Of a stretch of 64,000 nt of DNA, positions 23,927 to 36,668 are shown piece after piece. Position numbers and translations under genes: made by a program. The DNA is taken from NCBI GenBank assembly GCA_963514005.1, contig OY740782.1, positions 151,094,001 through 151,158,000 of the forward strand. Direction: 5' to 3'. The notes beneath the pieces were generated by a model. That model saw only the letters and a list, made by a program, of their open reading frames with translations, was not told the DNA's origin and made no database searches. Numbering within the stretch: the stretch's first letter is position 1; each line of letters opens with the position of its first letter. Source of the stretch: Raja brachyura. Taxonomy: Eukaryota.

Positions 23927-24605
23927 TGGTTCTTGGTTCTTGGTTACTTGTCCTCCAAAATATTCCAACTGGAATTTAAACTGGAGGTGGTGAAGGGAGG
24001 GGTTTAGCCAGAGAGGGTTATTGGGAAGAAAGTGCCACTTTAAATTTAGTTGCATCTGGCTGGGCAACCGTGGCTTGGTGGAGATTATTCCATGCTTTAA
24101 TAGTGCGTGGAAAGAACAAATTGCTGTACACATCTGTCTTTGAGGCTGGGACCACAAATTGGATCGAATGCCCTCGTCTGTTCCTAATTGGTTTGGGGTT
24201 GGTGTAGGTCTTGTGATCTATGTCTAGCTGACCATTTAACATTTTGTAAAAACAGGTCAAACGGTGAGCTTCACGTCTGTCTTGGAGAGGGTTCCACCCC
24301 GCCCAGAGAATTCAGAAGTTTGGTGACACTCGCTTCTCTCTCGTAGGTGTTAGTAACAAATCGAGCGGCCTGTCTTTGGACACGTTCGATGGATGAAATG
24401 TTTTTATCTGTGTATGGGTCCCAAGCTGCAACTGCGTAGTCCAGATGAGGTCTAACGAGGGTGAAATACAGCTTCTCCTTGACAGAAGCTGAACAATGAT
24501 GGAAGTTGCGCCTCAGGAAGTTTTGGACACCTGTTGCTTTCACTGTTGCATGATGAGTCTGACCATTCCAGCGTAGATCATTCTGCAATTTGATGCCAAG
24601 ATGCA
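23927..24605 (-). mobile_element. Divergent CR1/L2-group LINE 3' fragment
   Basis: LGIKLQNDLRWN..FLRRN..LVRPHLDYAVAAWDPY..ERVQRQAARF..FFPRTIKAWNNL; (CCAAGAA)n tail. Confidence 0.85.
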
Positions 24606-24609
24606 ATAT

Positions 24610-27441
24610 GGGTAGAACTGTGAAATAGCCAAGGGCAGAAAACACTTGTTGGAGTGGTGTACAGACCCCAAACAGCAGGATGGAGGTTGGGGATAGCATC
24701 AAGCAGGAAATTAGGGATGCGTGCAGCAAAGATACAGAGGTTATCATGGGTGACTTTAATTTACCGATAGATTGGGCCAATCAAATTGGGAACAGCGCTG
24801 AAGAGGATTTCCAGGAATGTACACGGGATGGGTTTTTAAACCAATATGTAGAGGAACCGACTAGAGGGCAGGCTGGGTATTGTGTAACGAGGAAGGATTA
24901 GTTAGCGATCTTGTTGTACAAATCCCCTTGGTCAACCGTGACCATAATATGGTGGAATTCCACATTAGAATGGAGAGGGACACGGTTAAAGCTAGGGGGC
25001 GCCGTCCTGTATGGGTTTGGCTGCACAGCCTGCAGCTGTCCGTTTTTTCACCTCTTTTTTTTATTGTTAGTGAGTAAAAGTGTTTTGTGTTGGAGGTTTT
25101 AGTCTTTTTTATGTGGGGGGGGGGGGCGGGGAACTGCATCTCTCAGTCCCTACCTGGTCGGGGGGTGGCTTTCCTCCGAGCAGCAGAGTCATAGTGTACT
25201 ACAGTGTGGAAACAGGCCCTTCGGTCTAACTTGCCCACATCGGCCAACAATGTCCCAGCTATACTAGTCCCACTTACCTGCGCTTCGTCAATATCCCTCC
25301 AATCCATGTCATATCAATGTACCTGTCTAACTGTCTTTTAAATGATGGGATAGTCCCAGCCGTAACTACCTCCTCTGGCAGCTTGTTCCATACACCCACC
25401 ACCCTTGGTGTGAAAACGTTACCTCTCGGAATCCTGTTAAATCTTTTCCCCTTCACCTTGAACCCATGTCCTCTGGTCCTCGATTCCCTCAATCTGGGCA
25501 CGTCTCAGGGCATGTTCCCGACCTATTCCTCTCATGATTTTGTACACCTCTATAAGATCTCTCCTCATCATCCTCCTGCGCTCCATGGCGAAAGAATAAA
25601 ACTGGGAAGGAGGCTTAACCGTGGCTGAGGAGGGAAGACAATGATAGTGTTAAAGCCAATGTAGAGGCATATAAATTGGCCAGAAGAAGCGGCAAATCAG
25701 GGGACTGGGAGAAATTTGGAACTCCAACAGAGGAGGACAAAGGGGTTAATTAAGAGGGGGGAAGAGCATGAAAGAAAGCTTGGGGGGAATATAAAAACTG
25801 GCTGTAAACGTTTATTTAGGTATGGAAAATGAAAAAGATTAGCAAAGACATATGTAGGTCTCTTACAGTCAGAGACAGGTAAATTTATAATGGGAAACAA
25901 AGAAATTGCAGAACAGTTAAGCGAGTACTTTGATTCTGTCTTCACTAAGGAAGACACAAACAAACTCCCAGAAATACTAGGGGACCGAGGATCTAGTAGG
26001 AGGGAGGATCTGAAGGGAATCCACATTAGTCAGAAAATGGTGTTAGGTAAACTGTTTTTTGACTGAAGGCAGATAAATCCCCAGGGCCTGATGGTCTGCA
26101 TCCTAGACTCCTCAAGAAGTTGACCCTAGGATGCATTAGTCATCATTTTTCACTGTTCTCTCGACTCTGGATCAGTTCCTGTGGACTGGAGGGTAGCCAA
26201 TGTAACTCCACTTTTTAAGAAAGGAGAGAGATAACGGGGAATTATAGACCAGTTAGCCTTACATCGGTGGTGGGGAAGATGCTGGAGTCGAATATTAAAG
26301 ATGTTATAGCAGCACATTTGGAAAGCAGTGACGGGATCGGTCAAAGTCAGCAAGGGGAAACCATGCTTTACTAATATTTTGGAATTTTTTGAGGATGTAA
26401 CAAGTAGAATGGATAAAGGAGAGGCAGTGGATGTGGTGTATCTGGACTTGCAGAAAGCCTTTGAAAAGGTCCCACAAAAGAGATTAGTGTGCAGAATTAG
26501 AGCACATGGTATTGGGTGTAGGGTATTGACATGGATAGAGAACTGGTTGGTAGACAGGAAGCAAAGAGTAGCAATTAACGGGTCCTTTTCAGAATGGCAG
26601 GCAGTGACTAGTGGGGTGCCACAAGGCTCGGTGCAAGGTCCAGGTTGTTTACAATATATATCAACAATTTAGACAAGGGAATTAAATGGAACATCTCTAA
26701 GTTTGCAGGTGATACAAAGCTAGGTATCAGTGTGGGCTGCGAGGAATATGCTATGCGGCTGCTGGGCTTATAGCATCTTGTACAGGTTGGGTGAGTGGGC
26801 AGAAGCATGGCAGATGCAGCATAATGTGGATAAATGTGAGGTTATCCACTTTGGTGGCAAGAACAGGAAGGTAGATTATTATCGGAATGGTGTCATTGTT
26901 ATTTGGAAAAGGGGAGGTGCAACGAGACCAGGGTGTGCTTGTACATCAGTCACTGAAAGTAAGCATGCAGGTACAGCAGGCAGTGAAGAAAGCTCATAGC
27001 GTTGGCCTTCATAGCGAGAGGATTTGAGTTTAGGAGCAAGGAGGTCCTACTGCAGTTGTCCAGAGCCCTGGTGAGACCACACCTGGAATAGTGTGTGCAA
27101 TTTTCGTCTCCGAATTTGAGGAAGGACATTCTTTCTATTGAGGGAGTGCAGCGTAGGTTCACCAGGTTAATTCCCGGGATGGTGGGACTGACGTATGATG
27201 AAAGAATGGTTGACTGGACTTGTATTCGCTGTAATTTAGAAGGATGAGAGGGGATCATGTAGAAACATATAAAATTCTTAGAGCATTGGACAGGGTAGAT
27301 GCAGGCATAATGTCCCGATGTTGGGGATGTCCAGAACTAGTGGTCACAGTTTAAGATTTTAAGGGATGGGCCATTTCGGACTGAGATGAGGAAAAACGTT
27401 TTCACCCAGAGAGATGTGAATCAGTGGAATTCTCTGCCACA
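24610..27441 (+). mobile_element. Old CR1-A (endonuclease to 3' region) with nested fragments, including CR1-C at 25186-25588 (-)
   Basis: MGDFNL..DHNMVEF, then RT peptides with many frameshifts. Confidence 0.85.
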
Positions 27442-27442
27442 T

Positions 27443-29678
27443 AAACATAGAAACATAGAAAATAGGTGCAGGAGTAGGCCATTCGGCCCTTCGAGCCCGC
27501 ACCGCCTTTCAATATGATCATGGCTGATCATCCAATTCAGTATCCTGTACCTGCCTTCTCTCCATACCCCGTGATCCCATTAGCCACAAGGGCCACATCT
27601 AACTCCCTCTTAAATATAGCCAATGAACTGGCCTCAACTACCCTCTGTGGCAGAGAGTTCCAGAGACCCACCACTCTCTGTGTGAAAAAAGTCCTTCTCA
27701 TCTCGGTCCTAAAGGATTTCCCCCTTATCCTTAAGCTGTGACCCCTTGTCCTGGACCTCCCCAACATCGGGAACAATCTTCCTGCATCTAGCCTGTCCAA
27801 CCCCTTAAGAATTTTGTAAGTTTCTATAAGATCCCCTCTCAATCTCCTAAATTCTAGAGAGTATAAACCGAGTCTATGCAGTCTTTGTTCATAAGACAGT
27901 CCTGACATCCCAGGAATCAGTCTGGTGAACCTTCTCTGCACTCCCTCTATGGCAAAAATGTCCTTCCTCAGATTTGGAGACCAGAACTGTACGCAATACT
28001 CCAGGTGTGGTCTCACCAAGACCCTATACAACTGAAGTAGACCCTCCCTGCTCCTATACTCAAATCCTTTTGCTATGAAAGCTAACATACCATTCGCTTT
28101 CTTCACTGCCTGCTGTACCTGCATGCCTACTTCCAATGACTGGTGTACCATGACACCCAGGTCGCGCTGCATCTCCCCTTTTCCTAATCAGCCTCCATTT
28201 AGATAATAGTCTGTTTTCCTATTTTTGCCACCAAAGTGGATAACCTCACATTTATCCACATTATACTGCATCTGCCAAACATTTGCCCACTCACCCAGCC
28301 TATCCAAGTCACCTTGCAGTCTCCTAGCATCCTCCTCACAGCTAACACTGCCCCCCAGCTTAGCGTCATCCGCAAACTTGGAGATATTGCCTTAAATTCC
28401 CTCATCCAGATCATTAATGTATATTGTCAATAGCTGGGGTCCCAGCACTGAGCCTTGCGGTACCCCACTAGTCACTGCCTGCCATTGTGAAAACGACCTA
28501 CTCCTACTCTTTGCTTCCTTTTTGCCAGCCAGTTCTCTATCCACATCAATACTGAACCCCCAATGCCGTATGCTTTAAGTTTATATACTAATCTCTTATG
28601 TGGGACCTTGTCGAAAGCCTTCTGGAAGTCCAGATACACCACATCCACTGGTTCTCCCCTATCCATGCTACTAGTTACATCCTCGAAAAATTCCACAAGA
28701 TTCGTCAGACATGATTTACCTTTCGTAAATCTATGCTGACTTTGTCCAATGATTTCACCACTTTCCAAATGTACTGCTATCCCATCTTTAATAACTGACT
28801 CTAGCAGTTTCCCCACTACCGATGTTAGACTAACTGGTCTGTAATTCCCCGTTTTCTCTCCCCCCCTTCATAAAAAGAGGGGTTACGTTTGCTACCCGCC
28901 AATCCCCAGGAACTACTCCAGAATCTAAAGAGTTTTGAAAGATTATCACTAATGCATCCACTATTTCCGGAGCTACTTCCTTAAGTACTCTGGGATGCAG
29001 CCTATCTGGCCCTGGGGATTTATCGGCCTTTAATCCATTCAATTTACCCAACACCACTTCCCGACTAACCTGGATTTCACTCAAGTCCTCCTTTGACCCG
29101 CGATCCCCTGCTATTTCCGGCAGATTATTTATGTCTTCCTTAGTGAAGACGGAACCAAAGTAGTTATTCAATTGGTCCGCCATATCCTTGCTCTCCATGA
29201 TCAACTCACCTGTTTCTGACTGCAAGGGACCTACATTTGTTTTAACTAATCTCTTTCTCTTCACATATCCATAAAAACTTTTGCAGTCAGTTTTTATGTT
29301 CCCTGCCAGTTTTCTTTCATAATCTATTTTTCCTTTCCTAATCAAGCCCTTTGTCCTCCTCTGCTGGTCTCTGAATTTCTCCCAGTCCTCTGGTATGCTG
29401 CTGGCTACTTTGTACGCATCATCCTTTGCTTTGATACTATCCCTGATTTCCCTTGTTATCCACGGATGCACTACCTTCCCTGATCTATTATTTTGCCAAA
29501 CTGGGATGAACAATTTTTGTAGTTCATCCATGCAGTCTTTAAATGTCTTCCATTGCGTATCCACCGTCATCCCTTTTAGAATTGATTGCCAGTCAATCTT
29601 GGCCTATTCATGTCTCATACCCTCAAAGTTACCTTTCCTTAAGTTCAGAACCATTGTTTCTGAATTAACAATGTCAAT
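27443..29678 (-). mobile_element. Young CR1-A, 5'-truncated, near-identical to the 14-21 kb copy
   Basis: Shares diagnostic peptides (EQRLHRLG, AGDRxSKExLSEIQVSRE); tail at 27443-27462. Confidence 0.93.
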
Positions 29679-29844
29679 TAACCCTTGACGTGACCCAATG
29701 ACAGTTCACTAGACTCTCTCCCATGAAATGCACTGGGACAAATGCAGCGTTGGTTGGTTACGGAGACGAGATCCATCAATACGCTATAAAGCGCACAGAG
29801 CGTGTATTTAGTGTGGTGCTCCTGCTCATGTCCTAATCTGCACA

Positions 29845-31125
29845 CTGCCACACAGTTGCACAGATCCAGGTTCGATCCTTACCTCGGGAGCTGTCTGTGT
29901 GGAGGTTGCGACCGCGTAGATTTCCTCCGGGAGCTCCGGTTTCCTACCACATCCCAAAGATATACGGGTCTGTAGGTGCAATGGGCTGTGTATTATTGCC
30001 TTTTATATGTTCGATGTGGATGAGAAAGTGGGATAACAATAAACTAGTGTGAACGGCAGGTCGATGTTCGCCCATGGACTCGTGCAAAGAGTAGGAGTAA
30101 ACAAGTCCTTTTCAGAATGGCAGGCAGTGACTAGTGGGGTACCGCAAGGCTCGGTGCTGGGACCCCAGCTATTTACAATATATATTAATGATTTGGACGA
30201 GGGAATTGAATGCAACATCTCCAGGTTTGCGGATGACACGAAGCTGAGGGGCAGTGTTAGCTGTGAGGAGGATGCTAGGAGGCTGCAAGGTGACTTGGAT
30301 AGGCTGGGTGAGTGGGCAAATGCATGGTAGATGCAGTATAATGTGGATAAATGTGAGGATATCCACTTTGGTGGAAAAAACAGGAAAGCAGACTATTATT
30401 TGAATGGTGGCCGATTAGGAAAAGGGGAGATGCAACGAGACATGTGGTCATGGCACAGCAGTCATTGAAAGTAGGCATGCAGGTGCAGCAGGCAGTGAAG
30501 AAGGCGAATGGTATGTTAGCATTCATAGCAAAACTATTTGAGTACAGGAGCAGGGAGGTTCTACTGCAATTGTACAGGGTCTTGGTGAGACCACACCTGG
30601 AGTATTGTGTACAGTTTTGGTCTCCAAATCTGAGGAAAGACTGGATAGACTCGGCTTGTACTCGCTAGAATTTAGAAGATTGAGGGTGGATCTTATAGAA
30701 ACTTACAAAACTCTTAAGGGGTTGGACAGGCTAGATGCAGGAAGATTGTTCCCGATGTTGGGGGAGTCCAGGACAAGGGGTCACAGTATAAGGATAAGGG
30801 GGAAATCTTTTAGGACCAAGATGAGAAAAACATTTTTCACACAGAGAGTGGTAAATCTCTGGAATTCTCTGCCACAGAAGGTAGTTGAGGCTAGTTCATT
30901 GGCTATATTTAAGAGGGTTAGATGTGGCCCTTGTGGCTAAAGGAATCAGGAGGTATGGAGAGAAGGCAGGTAAGGGATACTGAGTTGGATGATCAGCCAT
31001 GATCATATTGAATGGCGATGCAGGCTCGAAGGGCTGAATGGCCTACTCCTGCACCTACTTTCCATGTTTCTATGTTTCTATGTTAGGCACAAGGACCTGT
31101 ATCCATGCGGCATCTCAAAAATTAA
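29845..31125 (+). mobile_element. Degenerate HE1-type SINE interrupted by a CR1-A (30085-31083)
   Basis: B box GGTTCGATCC near 29869 and V-SINE-like body; the SINE 3' end resumes after the CR1 tail. Confidence 0.75.
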
Positions 31126-31269
31126 CATTAAATATATTCACAAGGATAGATAGCTAAAGGGGCTATTTCCATGATTTCTCATGAATGCTTCTCTTGCACT
31201 GCTCACTCATCTACGCCCGAAAATATTCTCAGGTCATTGAAAATGTAGATCATGAAGATCATGTTATAT

Positions 31270-32623
31270 CCAATAAAGAGCCATAAAAATTGGCCAGAGG
31301 AAGCAGTAAACCGGAGGTCGGGGAGACATTTAGAATTCATCAGTGGAGGACAAAAGGTTTAATTGGGGGGGGAAATAGAGCATGAAAGAAAGCTTGCGAA
31401 GAATTTAACAACTGACTGTAAACACTTTTTAAGATATGTGAAGAGGGAGAGATTAGTGAAGGCAAATATAGGTCTGTTACAGTCAGAAACAGGTGAATTT
31501 ATAATGGGAAACATGAAATGGCAGACCAGTTAAACGAGTACTTTAGTTTTGTCTTCACTAAGGACGACACAAACAATCTCCCGGAAAAATGAGGGGAGCG
31601 AGGATCTACTGGCGGGCCGTGACTAGTGGGGTGCCGCAAGGCTCGCTGCTGGGACCCCCGTTGTTTACAATATATATTAACCATTTAGACGATGGAATTA
31701 AATGTAACAATAAGTTTGCGGGTGACACAATGCTGGGTGGCAGTGTGGGCTGCGAGGAAGATTCTATGAGGCTGCGGGGTGACTTGTATAGGTTGGTTGA
31801 GTGGGAAGAAGCAGGGCAGTGCTGTATAATGTGGATTAATGTGACGTTATCCACTTTGGTGGCAAAAACAAGAAGGCAGATTATTACCCGAATGGCGTCA
31901 GATTACGAGAAGTGGAGGTGCAACGAGACCTGGCTGTGCTTGTACATCAGTCACTGAAAGTGAGCATGCAGGTACAGCAGGCAGTGAAGAAAGCTAATGG
32001 CATGTTGGCCATCATAACGAGAGGATTTGAGTTTAGGAGGTTCTACTGCAGTTGTACAGAGCCCTGGTGAGACTGCGCCTGGAGTATTGTGTGCCATTTT
32101 GATCCCCTAATTTGAGAAGGACATTATTGCTATTGAGTGAGTGCAGCGTAGGTTCAACGTGTTAATTCCCGGGATGATGGGACTGACGTATGATGAAAGC
32201 CTGCATCGACTGGACTTGTATTCGCTGGAATTTAGCAGGATGAGAGGGGATCTTATAGAAACATATAAAATTATTAGAGCATTGGACAGGGTAGATGCAA
32301 GCATGATGGTCCCGATGTTGAGGGAGTCCAAAACCAGGGTCACAGTTTAAGATTAAGGGATAGGCCATTTAGGACTGAGATGAGGAACAAGATGAGGTGT
32401 GAATCTGTGGGACTCTCTGCCAGAGGAGGCAGTGGAGTCCAAGTCACTGGATGTTTTCAAGAGAAAGTTAGATTTAGCTCTTAGCGCTAACGAATTCTAG
32501 GGATATGGGGAAAATGCTGGAACTGATTTTGGATGATCTGCAATGATCATATTGAATGGTGGTACTGGCTCGAAGGGCCGAATGGCCTACTCCTGCACCT
32601 AATTTCTAAGTTTCTATGTTTCT
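31270..32623 (+). mobile_element. Old CR1-A with internal deletion
   Basis: RT and C-terminal peptides; tail near 32620. Confidence 0.88.
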
Positions 32624-32624
32624 A

Positions 32625-32742
32625 ACCTGTAATCTGAGATCGAACGGCCCACTCATGCAATTTATCTGTAGCCTTTTGTCTGCCCATGTAATATCAAATT
32701 CATTTTAATTCGGTAACATATCGATCATCTTCCCCATTTCTT
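32625..32742 (-). pseudogene. Candidate cytoplasmic exon of the IgSF pseudogene
   Basis: Acceptor tcttgtag; phase-2 reading RNGEDDRYVTELK*. Confidence 0.35.
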
Positions 32743-32806
32743 CTACAAGACTATAGTCCATTAAATCAAAGTGGGGAAAACTAAATGAACTTTATTAACG
32801 CCTCAC

Positions 32807-32963
32807 ACTTCCCTCTAATTGTTTGTGTTTATGTGGCTCTGCAGAGATAGTCCTTATTATCATAAGAATGCGCATTGAATAAATGATAAAATGACTAATA
32901 GTGTAAGGAATGAATGCATTTAAGATTCTGCCGAATCAGAATATCCCCCCTCTTCCACATTTT
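32807..32963 (-). pseudogene. Transmembrane exon of the IgSF pseudogene
   Basis: Acceptor ggccacag; ENVEEGGYSDSAES*MHSFLTLLVILSFIQCAF/ILMII..KHKQLEGS; donor GTGAGG. Confidence 0.55.
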
Positions 32964-33135
32964 CTGTGGCCGACGACAAAACATTTCATTATGAATGATG
33001 GGCAAGAGCTCACCGTGTAACTGAAAGGAAACACCTGTGTCGGCCGTGCTGCTAAATTAATCAGGCACTTTCAATCTGCTGCTCAAACACTGAAAACTCT
33101 GATGGTGAATAACAACTAACAAAATAAAAAACTAC

Positions 33136-33684
33136 CTAGCAACAGATCTCGCAAATTCCAGCTACCAATCTTATTGGTTACATGCTGCATCATTTTGGTT
33201 AAACTGTCAGGAGTACACATTGTGATCATGTAAATCCCGGCTACTGTGTTTGATTGGGATTAGCTTTCACGTGTACAGTGGGATCAATGTCTCTTAGATT
33301 CTGTATGGAATCTGTTTAGAGATTATCTGACACAGAGTTATCAGGTAGTTCATATAGTGGGTATGATTGCTAGTCACGCACCACACAGATAGTGACCTGA
33401 GTAAAACAGAGTCAAATACCGAATGGATGCTCATTATCTTCCAGTTTAGCGAAGGCCAGAGGTGTCCACATTGTTTCCCTTTGCACACTGAAGCCGAGTA
33501 CATGAAGTGAACGCTTCTGCGTGAAGGTCACTGGGTGATATAATGTAGGCGTGTGTGAAAATGTAAAACATATCTGGGATGATCAGTGGGGTCTGGATTC
33601 CATGTACTTTAGCCAGAGCACACAGACGTTTTACAAATCGACCAATGCTGCGATCCATGTGTTCCCCGCGTATTGTATATTTCA
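33136..33684 (-). pseudogene. IgSF pseudogene exon, third V+C2 pair
   Basis: SIGRFVKRLCA; TWNPDPTDHPRYVLHF; SIRYLTLFYSGHYLCGA; VLLTV/QNDA/HVTNKIGS..LLL; phase-1 donor CTAG|GTAGTT. Confidence 0.6.
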
Positions 33685-33721
33685 CTTTGTTTCAGCAAAT
33701 TAATGCACCGCAATGCAACAA

Positions 33722-33890
33722 AATCAATGATTCAATGATTCAATGATATTTGATTGCCACGTGCACCTAGGAATAGTGACATTCTTTATGTTTGCATACA
33801 ATCTAGTAAAATCCCACAGCAGACCTCACCTAAGCAGTGCACAAAGAGTCGCCATGTTTCTGCCGCCGTGAAAGTTACAAAATGTCTATC
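33722..33890 (-). mobile_element. L2-type LINE 3' tail fragment
   Basis: gtatgcaaac..aagaatgtcact..cacgtggcaatcaaa followed by (TCATTGAA)n. Confidence 0.6.
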
Positions 33891-33900
33891 GAACAAACAC

Positions 33901-35814
33901 CGATGATGACAGTTCAGTCAAAAGTCAATTTCTTTGCACCTATAGAATCCGTCCGTGAATTAACCATTTACCCATTTAACCTTAACTGTGATTAACCATT
34001 TAATCACACTAAGCAATATCGGTATATCCGCTGGAGTCACTCCGCGGGCAATGACACCACTGGTAAATACATGGAGGTTATCTCCAAAAACATTGTTCGT
34101 TCCAATTCTACAAGGGCAGAGGGATGTACTGCTAATATACTGAGCAAAGCCCTCGCGACTGTTTTTTCAACAAATATTATAGGGGAGGGTAATCCTTGAC
34201 GAGACCCAATGACAAAGTTCACTTGGCTCTTTCGCATGAAATACATAGGGACAGACTAATCTTCTGGAATCTTTTGAGGATGTAACAAGTAGAATGGATA
34301 AGGAAGAGCCTTTAAGAAGGAACTGCAGATGCTGGAAAATCGAAGGTAGACAAAAGTGCAGGAGAAACTCAGCGGGTGCAGCATCATCTAAGGAGCGAAG
34401 GAAATAGGCAACGTTTCGGGCCAAAACCTTTCTTCAGACTGAAGGAAGAGCCAGTGGATGTAGTGTATCTGGACTTTCACAAAAGGCCCCACATTAGTGT
34501 GCAGAATTGGAGCACATGGTATTGGTGGTAGGGTATTGACACGGATAGAGAACTGAAAGAAAGCAAAGAGTAGGAATTGACGGGTCCTTTACAGAATGGC
34601 AGGGAGGGAGTTGTGGGTTGCCACAAGGCAGTGCTGGAACCCCAGTTATTTACAATATATATTAACGAATTAGACGATGGGAATTAAATGTAACATCTCA
34701 AAGTTTACGGATGACAAAGATAGGTGGCAGAGTGAACTGAGAGGAAGATGCTATGAGCCTGCAGGGTGACTTGGATGGGTTGGGTGAGTGGGCAGATAGA
34801 TCCATGGCAGATGCAGTATAATGTGGATAAATGTGAGGTTATCCACTTTGGTGTCAAGATCACGAAGGCAGATTATTATCTGAATGGTGTGAGATTAGGA
34901 AAAGGGGAGGTGCAACGATACCTGGGTGTGCTTGTACATCAGTCACTGAAAGTAAGCATGCAGGTACAGCAGGCAGTGAAGAAAGCCAATGGCATGTTGG
35001 CCTTCATTGTGAGAGAATGTGAGATTAGGAGGTCCTACTGCAATTGTACAGAGCCCTAATGAAGCCACACCTGGAGTATTGTGTGCAGTTTTGGTCTCCT
35101 AATTTAAGGAAGGGCATTCTTGTTATTGAGGGGGTGCAGTGTAGGTTCCCCAGGTTAATTCCCAGGATGTCGGGACTGACATATGATGACAGAATGGGTC
35201 GACTGGGCTTGTATTCACTGGAATTTAGAAGGATGAGAGGGGATCTTGTAGATATATATCCAATTCTTAAGGGATTGGGGAGGCTACATGCAGAAAAAAT
35301 GTTCGCCTTGTTTGGGGAGTCCAGAACCAGGGGTCACAATTTACGAATAGGGTGTAGGCTATTTATTACTGAGGTGAGGAAAACCTTTTTCACCCAGAGA
35401 ATTGTGAATCTGTGGACTTCTCTGCCACAGAAGGCAGTGGAGGCCAATTCATTGGATGTTTTCAAGAGAGAGTTAGATTTAGCCCCGATGGCTAATGGAA
35501 TCAAGGGATATGGGGAAGAAGCAGGGACGGGGTACTGATTGTGGATGATCAGCCACGATCATGTTGAATGGCGGTGCTGACTCGAAAGGCCAAATGCCCT
35601 AGTCCTGCACCTATTGTCTATGTTTCAATGTTTCTCAGCCTCATCACGCACAATCAGGCCAAGATCATCATGGGTCAGCTTCAGGCTACTTTACTTCCAT
35701 CCGATAACTGAATACACATATTACATGTTGATACAAGCCTCCCGCCTCACACTATCCTCAGCCTTTCAGGCAGAACATGGTTTCCTTCACATTGACATTC
35801 GGGTATTGACAGTT
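33901..35814 (-). pseudogene. IgSF pseudogene exon, second V+C2 pair, interrupted by a CR1 (34254-35633)
   Basis: HVLPERLRIV*GGRLVSTCNM..KVA*; after the insertion VEKTVARALLSILAVHPS / CRIG..LHVFTSGVIARGVTPADIPILLSV..TVKVKWVNG / DGFYRC..TVII. Confidence 0.62.
34254..35633 (+). mobile_element. CR1-A with nested Penelope terminal remnant (34312-34444)
   Basis: RT peptides; the nested piece reads CTGAAGA-A-AGGTTTTGGCCC-GAAACGTT on the minus strand. Confidence 0.88.
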
Positions 35815-35918
35815 CTGGGAGACGTGGTGAGAAGTTTATTAAAGAGTGAGTTGGTATGGAGAGAGCGCTGGGTCAAGGAACTCCCCTCTCCCCATTCCAG
35901 CCTTCGGAATGTTTGCAC

Positions 35919-36534
35919 AAACTACCAGTTCTGGATTTCTTTACCTGAAGTGAACGTGGATATAATCTCCATTATATTATCAAATGACGAGCAGAAAACC
36001 ATCTGAAACATTCACCATGCTTTTGAATCGGTTGAAGATTTGCATGGTGCACGGCCTAATTCTGTACTGCGTTGGTCGGGACAATTAGATGCTGTTTCTG
36101 TCTGTCAGTGTTCTAATCTGGGACTTCTATTTCTGAGATTATTTACATCAATGCGTCGGTCACGTCCAGCTGCGCTCACATCTAAAATAAACACAAAAAA
36201 CAATGTTCCTCAATGTGTTTTTCGCAACTGACCAGAGGGATTCTTTTCTGGCTACTGGCAGCAATAGTAAAATGACCTGAGATTTCCCAGACAGGCTTAT
36301 CAGGTTTTATTTTGTGCAAAGGGGACTTCCCTGCAATACGATGGCAGAGAATAACGCGGCGTTTGTGTGAGGGCAATGCAAGTATGCGACACCACTTCTG
36401 GAGAGCAGGCTGCTCTTCCACAATGTCCATTTGCAAGAGGATTGAAACCATTTGAACTCAGCACCTTTCATCTTGACCAAAGGACACTCGGACTGACCCA
36501 AACATGCCGCATTATTTAACGTCCACAGATTTAA
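35919..36534 (-). pseudogene. IgSF pseudogene exon, first V+C2 pair
   Basis: Acceptor ttttgcag; ACLGQS.ECPL..EFKWFQ; RRV..GKSPLHKI..PVWEISGHF/YYC; VFILDVSA; SDGFLLVI/DNNGDYI(C)HV..ELVV. Confidence 0.6.
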
Positions 36535-36668
36535 CTGCAAAACGTTTACATTTCAAGATTGAAAATTGAAACATTTCAGATTGGGTCACAATATGTACTT
36601 TCCAGAGTCTCAATGTCCTAAATAACCCCACAGCCACTCCGAGCTTTAAAAATGCTTCCCTGATCAGA

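Noticed and set aside
35865-35915. J-segment-like RRLEWGEGSSLT
   Set aside because: No RSS heptamer and no splice donor; lies in the short intron of the IgSF relic.
36225-36275. TCR-beta V end (YYC-ASSQ) with RSS
   Set aside because: Needs a frameshift, has no heptamer, and the sequence continues into a C2 domain; better explained as part of the V-C2 exon.
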